Source of the DNA: Octopus sinensis
Taxonomy: Eukaryota
NCBI RefSeq assembly: GCF_006345805.1
Contig: NC_043005.1
Location: 85,126,001-85,190,000 of the forward strand
DNA length: 64,000 nucleotides
Direction of reading: 5' to 3'
Shown here: positions 53,100 through 64,000 of the stretch, piece after piece
How positions within the stretch are numbered: position 1 is the stretch's first letter
How the letters are laid out: the number at the start of each line of letters is the position of its first letter
The notes under the pieces: generated by a model
Database searches by the model: none
The model's input: only the letters and a program-made list of their open reading frames with translations
Told to the model about the DNA's origin: nothing
Made by a program: the position numbers and the translations under genes

Positions 53100-53300
53100 T
53101 GCACCCATGTTGGCACTATGTAAAAGCACCTTGTACACTCTGTAAAGTGGTTGGCATTAGGAAGGGCATCCAGCTGTCGAAACCATGCCAAGCCAGACAA
53201 TTGGTGCGTGGTGCAGCTCTCTGGCTTATCAGCTATTGTTAATTCATCCAACACATGCTGGCATGGAAAGCAGATGCTAAATGATGATGATAACGATGAT
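53100..53300 (+). mobile_element. RTE-type 3'-UTR fragment
   Basis: GGAAGGGCATCCAGCTG and (GAT)n tail. Confidence 0.8.
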
Positions 53301-53729
53301 GGTGTAACTTAATCATAATAATATTAATATGCTTTAAACTCAATTCTACATTTTGGTGATACTTTCTATCTATAAATGAATGTTTTTCCAAATGTCATTT
53401 TTGAAGCTCCATCAAAGCTATAAGGTAATACACAAGCACTCAGCTCTGATTGCATTGCATCTTATAGCAGAAACAACTGTAAGATATTGAAATACATTAT
53501 ATAATTTCCCGTTCCTTTGTCTTTTATATATATACACAATAGGATTCTTTCAGTTTCCATCTACAAAGTTTATTCAATATCATGTCATTAAAATCCAAAT
53601 TAGGTGTGAAAATAATTAGTTAATTATGAAAATAAGTAATAGCAATCCAGTCTTAACCTGCAAAGTCTGTAACTTTAACTACATAAAGAGTAAAATAGTG
53701 AGATTGTAACTACAAATTTATATAATAAA

Positions 53730-54042
53730 ATCACTTGATCACGTAATCACATGACCGACCAGACCATCAGATGTTGTTACACATTGCTGGTCACAATGCG
53801 TTCGCATTGTTTTAGCCTTCGAATGACACCACCCCGCTGGCTAAGCAAGCAGGCCAACAGAAGAAAGAGTGGGAGAAAGAGTGGTGAAAGAGTACAGCAG
53901 GGATCACCACCCCCTGCCGTAGCCTCCTGGAGCTTTTAGGTGTTTTCGCTCAATAAACACACACAACGGCGGTCTGGGAATTGAAACCGCGATCCTGCGA
54001 CCGCGAGTCTGCTGCCCTAACCACTAGGCCATTGCGCCTCCA
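53730..54042 (-). mobile_element. tRNA-derived SINE (Arg-like head), possibly one of the octopus OR families
   Basis: TGGAGGCGCAATGGCCTAGTGGTTAGGGCAGCAGACTCGCGGTC...GTTTCAATTCCC; family name not verified. Confidence 0.75.
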
Positions 54043-54850
54043 TATATAATAAAATAAAATACAAAATTTAAAGATACTACACCATAGCAACCAAATCCGG
54101 TCTGTCACAACAGCTAAATTATTTCATGATGAGGGAAATAAATCTCATGCTAACTGTTAACGAATTTGAAATATGGTAGTAATGAGATCCTTATTAATGA
54201 AATATAATTTAATTCCCAAGCAAATAATGTAATCATAAATCAGTAATAATAAACGTCGTTATAAACCAGATCATCAGCACCGATAGCAGAAGAGTGTGAA
54301 CGCCTTAGAAGGTCGATAGACAAAGGAAATTTGTGTAAAGTTCACAATGAGAATCTGTGTGTATATAAACGTGTGTTTGTGCGCACACACACACACACGC
54401 TTGCTTGTATATGTGTGTGTGTGTGAGAGTGTGTATTTTATGGTTGTGTGTGTTTGTGTGTGAATGTACTGTTCTACACTGACAAACATGACCGACAGTG
54501 ATGCATAAACTGGAATAATAATTTGGGGAATGTTACTGTTTGTAATACAAATTACAGTTGTGTGTACAGATACATGCTCACACACACACACATACACACA
54601 CATACGCACACACACACACATGCTTCTTATAAATATATGTGAAAAAGAAGAAAGACCCTTCTCAAGTCATATAAATTCATAGGGCTTTGAAAACCGTTGA
54701 TGTTTTCACATATTTGGGTTCTTGAAAAACAAGCAACGCTAAACTCAATAGGGAGGGTCAAACTTTTATTGGTAAGGCCAGTACAACCTTTGAGAAACTT
54801 CATGATCAACGTTGGTATGCCCATAATGTCTCAGTAAGGAAAAAATTGAC

Positions 54851-55256
54851 GTGGCTGTGTCATAAGTAGCTTGCTTGCCAACCACATGGTTCTGGGTTCA
54901 GTCCCACTGCATGGCACCTTGGGGAAGTGTCTTCTACTACAGCCTTGGATCGACCACAGCCTTGTGAGTGGATTTGGTGGACAGAAACTGAAAGAAGCCC
55001 ATCGTATATATATGTATGTGTGTGTGTGAGTGAGTGTATGTGTGTGTGTGTGTGTGTGTTTCTGTGTTTATGTTTGTCCCCCAACATCACTTGACAACTG
55101 ATGCTGGTGTGTTTACGTCCCTGTCACTTAGCGGTTCGGCAAGAGGGACCGATAGAATAAGTACTAGGCTGGGGTTGATTTGCTCAACTAAAGGAGGTGC
55201 TCCAGTATGGCCACAGTCAAATGACTGAAACAAGTAAAAGAGTAAAAGAAAGAGTA
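54851..55256 (+). mobile_element. Full-length SINE family A
   Basis: Head, core, (TG)n linker, tail ending in (AAAGAGT)n. Confidence 0.9.
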
Positions 55257-55832
55257 AGGGGCATAGAAGCCAGCTGCCCTAAAAAAAAAACTCTTTTATA
55301 TGGAGCAGAGACTTGGACACATTTTTGTAGGCACATTAGCCAGTTGATTAACTTTCCTATGAAATGTCTCAGGTAAATATGTAAGGTTGATTGGGATGTC
55401 AGACTGAAGAATAGCACAATCCTGAAAATGTATAGAGGCCTCAATCAAGTCCCAGATGCGATGGAGTGGACACATCTTTGCGTAAATAGTGGTTGAATGC
55501 TAAAGCAAATCTCTTGTGACCAGCTCGTAAATTGATGATATAATGTAGACCAGATATTTCTACAGTATAAAAACAAATTAAATGATAATTTGAAATACCT
55601 AAGTATTAGGGGGAAAAATAAAACAGAGAACCTTGGTAGGAATTGTGCTGACTAGGGGAGAAGAGAGTGCTTTTTCTAGCTTCAGAATTTTGAAACCTAA
55701 AGGGTACAAGAACAAGAACAAGAACAAGAACAAAAAAATCAAGCACCAGAACAACTGTCTTCCCACAAATCACCACAGTCCACTATTTACGTTATTTACA
55801 TTTGACGGATATTTGTCCTTGTCTTGTTTGTT

Positions 55833-55878
55833 AACACAACATTTCGGCTGATATACTCTCCAGCCTTCTTCAGGTGTC
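55833..55878 (-). ncRNA. Minimal type I hammerhead in the PLE terminal repeat
   Basis: CACAC-like stem I ACAC/GTGT, CTGAAGA, extra A, GGCTG gagagtatat CAGCC, GAAA, TG, TT; the 23-kb copy has the palindromic ACGT at stem III. Confidence 0.75.
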
Positions 55879-55914
55879 TTGAGGAAATTTTGAATTATTA
55901 TTATCATTATTATT

Positions 55915-55982
55915 CAGGTCACTGCCTGGAATTGAACTTGGGGCTAGTAGCCTGCACTCTTGACCACTAATCCATATGCCCG
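55915..55982 (-). ncRNA. tRNA-like (Pol III promoter-like) segment inside the PLE 3' region
   Basis: GGGCATATGGATTAGTGGTCAAGAGTGCAGGCTACTAGCCCCAAGTTCAATTCCAGGC: A-box-like TGGATTAGTGG, B-box-like GTTCAATTCC; not a functional tRNA. Confidence 0.55.
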
Positions 55983-56924
55983 TGGGCAATTATGGAGTGA
56001 ATTTTAGGGCTTATAAATCTAATATTTTCCTATCCTTCCTTAATATGGGTTCCTATATACTATTCATATCTGCACTCGATCTGCTTAGGAGGTTGTTGTG
56101 TCCTAGCATATGTGCTGCTTCTTTTAGTTTTCGTATTTTCCAGTGGTGTTCTCTATCTATTATTTTAACTTCGTCCAACAAGAGTGGGGTCTCCATTTTT
56201 TCATACATGATCAGCTATACCCAATTTATCAATATCTTCTCGTGTCACAGCTTTGCGATGTTCCTCTACCCTTATTTTGAGGGGGCGGCATGTTTCGCCT
56301 TTGTATAACCTACCACAGCTGCATAGGATGGAGTACATGCAGTTCATAGTTGTATTCTCTTCTATTGGTGATTTTTCCCAAAGGAGATATTTACGAAGTG
56401 TTGTATTACTCTTGAATACTGTCTTGATGTCATAACTTTTGTATCTTTTCAGAGAGGCCGTTCACATAGGGTAGACAGAATGTAGACAGTTTATTGGTTT
56501 CCTCTCTTTTCTTCATAACTGGAGTGGAGAGTATGCTTTTGGGGCAGTTGTTACTTAATAGATTGTTACTGAGCTCGATCAGTTCTTCGTGGTGGGTATC
56601 ATGATCGCTACTTATATTCTTTGCTCGATATTTTAGGCACTGAACAATTCCTCTCTTAACACTGTATGGATGGTGGGAATTGAAGTTAAGGTATCGTCCA
56701 GTGAAGGTCGGCTTGTGGTATACAGACACCCTGAAACCAACCCTATGGCTGTGATATAGTGATGACACCTTTATTCTCTGGCCCCACCAGGAAGATATCC
56801 AAGTGCTGTTAGATCAAGTGAACTCAATAAAGCCATCCATAGAGTTCACAATGGAAAAGGAAAAAGACAATCAGCTAGCATTCCTGGACATATTAATAAC
56901 ACGCACCAAGTATGGAGCATTTTT

Positions 56925-57330
56925 CATTTTACGTGCTTCTTTGACATTTATTGCTTTGGCAAGTTCTATTCCGTAGTCTATTAGCATTAATGGATATTGT
57001 CTTTTCAGTAGTACTTGTTTTAGTTCCTAGGGTCTTTTATTATGAGTTTCAGAGTTTGAGACAGTTGGGCAGATTCTTCCTGCTAGATTAAAGGGGATAT
57101 TATTCTTCGTGTGTTTGGAATGGCATGAGGAGAACAATAAGTATTGTTTAGAATGGGTTAGTTTGTAGTGAATGTCTATTATAATGTTTGTATCTATTTT
57201 GATGATTAGTATATCCAGGAATGGTAGATGAGTTTTTCTGTATTCCATGGTAAAGTTAATATTGTTTATGCTGTTGATTATATTTTTGAATTTCTATAAG
57301 TTGTTCAAATGTGTACGCCCATAGTGTTGG
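56925..57330 (-). mobile_element. Second PLE RT fragment (different family)
   Basis: FTMEYRKTHLPFLDILI...HYKLTHSKQYLLFSSCHSKHTKNNIPFNLA.RIC. Confidence 0.85.
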
Positions 57331-57358
57331 GCAGTCATTTAAGTAACATTTCCAGTTG

Positions 57359-57736
57359 AGGTTGTTAGCTGTGTAGGTTCCTCATGGTAAGTGGCAGAAT
57401 GAATTTTGTGTGAATAGTTATTTGTCTATGTACTCTGTTAAACTTTGTTAAGTCTTGGTTTGTACTTTTGTATGAAAGTTTTCTCTTTCTTTATCCGTGC
57501 TTCAACTGTGATATTCACTAAACAGAAGTAGAGTGCAAAAAATAATTCACCCAAATTCCAGATCTTCCCATTCAACCCATGTTCAGCGAATACCACAGAT
57601 GAAGCATGGATAAACAACGAAAATGCTTCCATACAAAAGTACAAACTAAGACTTAACAAACTTTAACAAAGTACATACACAAATAGCTATTCACACACAA
57701 AATTCATTCTGCCACTAGTTTCACAACTAACAACCT
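57359..57736. repeat. About 380-bp diverged fold-back next to the PLE fragment
   Basis: Arms about 57359-57535 and 57580-57736. Confidence 0.8.
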
Positions 57737-58326
57737 AAATTTTAGCCATTGGACTACATACAAATAATTCCTGTCCACTCTCACACCAGACAGATTAAAT
57801 TTGGTCTGACTTGATTATAAGTAAACATGTTCACTCGACCATGTTGGCCTTCTTTTTCCCTGCAAAATATACTGTCACGTGACACTAATACAGGAACATA
57901 GTGGGAAATGTACAAAAGGTTATAAACTTAATCAGGTGTTCATTCCCTACAAACACTTGACAGAAAACATTCAGAGCATTAATTGTTTTGACATGATCAG
58001 TCAACCGTGCCAGCTTTAACTTATGACAGGGGAATATTGTCACTTGATAGCTGGGCACCTACAAAAATTTCTAAGACCAGTCATGTGATTATCCACTACC
58101 AATCAAATCATATTCAAGACATATAGTAATTTAAACCATAAATTCCCTATAAAAACAGAACAGACTTCAAACACTAGTCAGAAGCAAGACAGATGCGATG
58201 TAAGCCACATCTTTCTATTTGAACTTTTTGAAAATGAGTGTAAACTGTGAAACCGGTTAAAGCTTCAGATATTTTGATACAAAATATTTTAACTATTCTC
58301 AGTGCATTTTCAACTTCCATTTTCCC

Positions 58327-58362
<36 letters not shown>

Positions 58363-58371
58363 CATACATAC

Positions 58372-58463
<92 letters not shown>

Positions 58464-58575
58464 TATTTATATATCCTATATATATATATATACTGTGCAC
58501 ATCCACACATTAATTATTTTTTGTTTTTTATTTGAATTGACTATATATAAATGTGTGTGTGTGTGTGTGTGTGTG

Positions 58576-58876
58576 TGGAGGCACATGGCCTAGTAGTTAG
58601 AGCAGTGGACTTGCGGTTGAGGAATCGTGGGTTCAAATCTCAGACCAAGCGATGTGTGTGTTTATGAGGGAAACACCTAAGCTCCATGCATCTCTGGCAG
58701 AAGGTAATGGCAAAATTCTGCTGACTCTTTTGCCATAAGTTTCTCTCACTCTTTCTTCCTGCATCTTGCAGCTCTCCTGCAACAGACTGGCATCCTGTAC
58801 AGGTGGGGAACCTATAAGCCAAGGAAACCGGGAAACTGTCCCTTATGAACCAGGCATGGCTTGAGAAGAAACAAAC
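58576..58876 (+). mobile_element. tRNA-derived SINE with the same head as 53730-54042 but a different body
   Basis: TGGAGGCACATGGCCTAGTAGTTAGAGCAG...GGTTCAAATC; 3' GGAAACCGGGAAAC...GAGAAGAAACAAAC. Confidence 0.75.
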
Positions 58877-59032
58877 ACATATATTATATATAATATCTAT
58901 ATATATATATATATATATATATAGATATATATAGTAAATTCAAATAAACAAACATTCAAATAAAAACAAAAAAAGATTATGTGTGGGCGTACACAAAAAA
59001 TGTATTAGCTTGACGCTCGGTGAAAGGAGAGA

Positions 59033-59066
59033 GATTAACGTTTTGAGCATAGCTCCTCATCGGAAA
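59033..59066 (-). ncRNA. Degenerate hammerhead motif
   Basis: CCGATGA-G-GAGC tat GCTC-AAAA-CG-TT; two core positions mutated. Confidence 0.45.
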
Positions 59067-59379
59067 GGTGAACGAGAGAAGTTCAAAGATGGAGAAGAAA
59101 TCACCAATGGCACATTTATAGCTATATACATAAATATGTATGCAACCATATATATATGTGTGTGTGTGTGTGTATGCTTTTATCTGTATTGATATTGGAT
59201 TACCTTAACACACAACCAACTCTTTTATAATTTTATGGACATGAAAAGCTGTAGAAGATTATACAGGCCCCACTATTATGACTGGTATTTAATTTTATTG
59301 ACTTCTGAAAGATGAAAGAAAACGTCGCTCGGGTGTGAAGGGATGTAACCAAATAACAATATCTCTCTGTTCACTATAC

Positions 59380-59394
59380 CAGCCACCTTCCCAC

Positions 59395-59458
<64 letters not shown>

Positions 59459-59816
59459 TATATATATATAATACATACATGTATTCATATATATATGCAT
59501 GTATATGTATATGCATGTTATATATATGTATATATATATACACATGTATATATATGCACATACATCTGTACAAACACACATACACATACATATATAGACA
59601 TACATTAGCATATATTGATATAAATTTACATTAATACTCACACCTGTACACACATATACACACACATATACATTCATAAATAGATACTTACAAACTGAGT
59701 GCATCTACCATACAATTATGTGGACATAAACACCAAAACAATATTGATGTTTATATCATAAGTTCACTGCCACAAGAGTCACACAAATAAGAATGTCTGT
59801 GTATATATATACATAC

Positions 59817-59880
<64 letters not shown>

Positions 59881-60141
59881 CACATATATGTGTGTGTATG
59901 TGTGGGTGTGTGTGTCTATGTATGTATACATATATATGTGTATATATTATAGTACATATATACACACACGCATATATATGTACTTATACACAGTCACACA
60001 CGTATGTGTGTGTGTGTGTTTGTGCAAGCTTGTGTCTTTTAGGTTTCACACATATATACTTGTGTGTAAGTGCACCTATATATATATATATGCATAATAT
60101 ATATTTCTTTATTACCCACAAGGGATCAAACACAGAGATAC

Positions 60142-60187
<46 letters not shown>

Positions 60188-60204
60188 TATATATAAATAC
60201 ATAC

Positions 60205-60236
<32 letters not shown>

Positions 60237-60474
60237 GTATTCCCTAGCTCCCCAGACCCCGGTCGAAACCGTCCAACCCCCGTGCTAGCGCGGAAAACGG
60301 ACGTTAAACGATGATGATGATGAACAAATACATAATACACATATATATATATATATTATGTATACATATATACAAACATATTTATACATACGTACATATA
60401 TACATATACACACACACGCACATATATATTGATATATATATATATGAATATATATGTTTGTATGTATATATAAA

Positions 60475-60532
<58 letters not shown>

Positions 60533-61211
60533 TATACACACACACATATATATATATACATATACATATACATATACATGTATGTGTGTGTTTATATGAA
60601 GCTTAACACATATTGATACGGCTACTTTATAGTGAATGATGAATAAACTCAGTTGCATTTTATAGTTTTCCTGTTATTTCATTGGATTCATATTGTCTGT
60701 ATATTTTTGTTTGTTTGTTTTTGTTGCTCTTTTATCTTTTTTTTTACCAATGATATTTTACCATATTACATCCTCGTTTTTTTATTAAAAGCCATTCACG
60801 CCATCCTCTCTAGTTTCACCTTTATTTCTCTGCAATAATCTCATTGATTATCTGCCCTTTTTTTTCTTCTTCTTCCATCTTCTGTCTTAGTGCAACAACC
60901 CAGCCAAAGAAGGATTATGTTTGTAAATGCATTTGTATGTATGTATATATATACACACACACACATATACACACATATATACATACATATGCATATATTA
61001 TATATATACTTACATACATATATATATACATATACATACATATCTAAAAGTATACATATGAACACTCACATGTTCTATGCACATGCTTCCACACACATAT
61101 ACATACATATACACATGTACTCCCAGATATTCATATGTACTCATGTATATGTATGTACACACACACACACACACATATATATATATGTATATATGTATTT
61201 ATATATATATT

Positions 61212-61244
<33 letters not shown>

Positions 61245-61271
61245 CACATATATACATATAAATATAATATA

Positions 61272-61302
<31 letters not shown>

Positions 61303-61490
61303 CATACATATATATATATATTACATACATATATCATATACATACATACATACATATATATATATACATACATACACCCACACACACCACACATATATAT
61401 ATATATATATATATAAGACAGACATACAGACATACATATACACAGATTCACACACACACACACACACACACATATATGTGCGTATGTTTA
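59380..61490. repeat. (TA)n/(TACA)n compound microsatellite block
   Basis: Directly visible. Confidence 0.9.
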
Positions 61491-62382
61491 TGTATATATG
61501 TGTGTTTGTTGGTATAAAGATGAATCTTCCATATTATGAAGTATATGGAAAGTCTGTTAATAACTTTGACAATATTCTGTCTTATAGGACATTCACTCAA
61601 GTTCTGATTAATGATACGTTAGCAAGCAATGCAGTCTAAGCATAATTATATGTCCATGTATATCGACACATGTCTGTGTGTGTGTATACACATATGTAAT
61701 ATATATATATGTATGTGTATGTGTATATAGATATATGGTAATGAACAGGGTGTCTTATATATGATGTTGCTTTTATAGGCCTGCTCTTCACGATTATAGT
61801 GCTCAAGTCAGATATTGGCTTCAACACACTCAAGTATACACCTCTGCAAATGCCACACATTTATGTCAAATACATACATTTATATACATACGTATATATG
61901 TGTAAATGTGTGTCTATATTAAAATATGAATATGTATTTATATTTATATGTAAGTAAATATATAACCATAACATATATCTAAGTACAGCATCATGATTTA
62001 ACATCCATGTTCCATGCTGGCGTTGGTTGAATGAATCGACAGGATTAGATGAGTCCAAGACCTGCTCCGATGTCTGCTTTGGTATGGCTTCTATGATTGG
62101 ATACCCTTCCTAATATCAACCACTTTGCAACGTGTGCTGGGTGGCTTTTTTGATGTTACCAACATTTTTGAGATTGCTGTATGGTTCACAAGACTACAAA
62201 CCCTGAGGAGAGGGCTTCATGCTAAGAGAAAAAGGGGTTAATGTCTGAAGAAGGGAGACAAAACAGGTTCTTGTGGAGTAGTTGCATGGCAATTAATATT
62301 TACCTCCTTTACAAGAACCTGCTCTGTCAGCCTGTCTTTCATACTTTAACCCCTTATGTATATAATTAGATAATCATATAAA

Positions 62383-62620
62383 TGCAGGTGTGGCTGTGTG
62401 GTAAGGAGTTTGCTTTCAAGCCACATGATTCTAGGTTCAGTCTCACTGTATGTCACCTTGGGCAAATGTCTTTTAATATAGCCAAAGCCTGTTGTGTGTA
62501 TGTATATATATATCTATGTATTTGTATCTTTGTGACTGTGCTTTTCCTTCACCCCCACCGTTTAACAACTGGTGTTGGTGTGTTTACATCCCTGTCACTC
62601 TGGTTTAGCAAAAGAGACCA
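62383..62620 (+). mobile_element. SINE family A, diverged with internal deletion
   Basis: GCAGGTGTGGCTGTGTGGTAAG head and AGCAAAAGAGACC tail piece. Confidence 0.75.
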
Positions 62621-62720
62621 AAATAGATACATGCAGACACTGTAGGTTGAGAAACACATGCATGTTTGTGTACATACATATATCAGAAAGAGATAGAGAT
62701 AGATAGATAGATAAATAGAC

Positions 62721-62845
<125 letters not shown>

Positions 62846-63028
62846 GGTGGTCAATGAATTGGGTAAGAGATTGGGATGAAAAAAAGAGCAGTGACAGAAG
62901 GCTGCTACTGCATTGCTGTTTGTCTTTATAAAACTAAACATCCTTCTGAAGGAAACTGAATGGAGAGAACTATTAAGTCATCCATATTACATACATAGAG
63001 AAGGAGTGAGTGAGAGAGAAGTAATGAG

Positions 63029-63060
<32 letters not shown>

Positions 63061-63062
<2 letters not shown>

Positions 63063-64000
63063 TCATCATCATCATCATCATCGTTGTTTAACGTCCGCTT
63101 TCCATGCTGGCATGGGTTGGACGATTTGACTGAGGACTGGCGAACCAGATAGCTGCACTAGGCTCCAATCTTGATTTGGCAGAGTTTCTACAGCTGGATG
63201 CCTTTCCTAACGCCAACCACTCCGAGAGTGTAGTGAGTGCTTTTACATGCCACCAGCACGAGGGCCAGTCAGGCAGTACTGGCAATGGCCATGAAAAAAT
63301 CGTGAAAAAAGTGCCAGTAAGGCGATGCTGGTAATGATCATGCTCAAATGGTGCTTTTTACATGCCACCGGCATGAACGCCAGTTAGCTGCTCTGGCAAT
63401 GATCATGCTCGGATGGTGCTCTTAGTGCTCCACTAGCACGGATGCCAGTCATCGAATTTGATTTCGATTCCGATTTCACTTGCTTCAACAGGTCTTTGCA
63501 AGCAGTGTCCATTGAAGGGAAGTTACGCATAAGTGGGCTGATTACACCCCTGGCTTAGGCTACAAGGTTATGGTCTCACTTGGCCTGCCGGGTCTTTTCA
63601 AGCACAGCATATTTCCAAAATTCTTGGTCACTGGTCATTGCCTCGGTGAGGCCTAATGTTTGAAGGTCGTGCTTCACCATCTCATCCCAGGTCTTCCTGA
63701 GTCTACCTCTTCCACAGTTTCCCTCAACTGCTAGGGTGTGACACTTTTTCACACAGCTATCCTCATCCATTCTCGCTACATGACCATACCAGTGCAGTCA
63801 TCTCTCTTCCACACCACATCTGATGCTTCTTAAGTCCAACTTTTCTCTCAAGGTACATACAATCTGTTGAGTATGCACACTGACATTACACATACAGTGG
63901 AGCATACTGGCTTCATTCCTTGCGAGCTTACACATATCCTCAGCAGTCACGGCCCATGTTTCACAGCCATATAGCATGGCTATTCGTACGCATGCGTTAT
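63061..64000 (-). mobile_element. RTE-clade LINE, ORF2 C-terminus and 3' UTR (continues beyond window)
   Basis: AMLYGCETWAV...LHWYGHVARMDE...GRGRLRKTWDEMVKHDL with one in-frame stop; ORF ends at 63576; (GAT)n tail at 63061. Confidence 0.92.

Larger units (their letters stand above)
55786..56916 (-). mobile_element. Penelope-like element: RT C-terminus, GIY-YIG endonuclease and 3' terminal repeat, with inverted 5' segment
   Basis: Minus frame GFRVSVYHKPTFTGRYLNFNSHHP...CMYSILCSCGRLYKGETCR...HRKA...KLKEAAH with stops and frameshifts; plus-strand 56755-56916 reads YSDDTFILW...LAFLDILITRTKYG. Confidence 0.93.

Noticed and set aside
53990-54042. Functional tRNA genes at tRNA-like heads (also 27740-27795, 55915-55982, 58576-58640)
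   Set aside because: Acceptor stems do not close and each continues into a SINE or PLE body.
61740-61860. SNIIYKTPCS on the minus strand resembling a PLE GIY-YIG start
   Set aside because: Too short, with no following YIG motif.

Overview
AT-rich, repeat-saturated eukaryotic non-coding DNA. The repeat families and dense microsatellites point to an octopus genome (inference). I cannot support an intact host protein-coding gene; almost all supplied ORFs are translated microsatellites. The window contains: at least four tRNA-derived SINE families; about 15 RTE-LINE 3' ends plus one RTE ORF2 C-terminus at the right edge; a 5'-truncated Tx1/L1 element inside a (TATC)n array; a complete but decayed mariner carrying a nested hAT MITE; a non-autonomous Helitron; several MITEs; Penelope-like element (PLE) RT and GIY-YIG remnants; and a 29-bp minisatellite. 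The main signal is a layer of about 17 type I hammerhead ribozyme (HHR) motifs in six or more PLE-type repeat families. Three loci are head-to-head double-hammerhead palindromes (19.4, 19.9 and 30.8 kb). One motif has a compensatory G3:C8 swap in the core, one family has a U6 core variant, and one PLE carries a tRNA-like Pol III cassette just upstream of its HHR. Locally templated fold-back duplications also recur across unrelated repeats. All structures were paired by eye, no folding or database search was run, and repeat boundaries are approximate.
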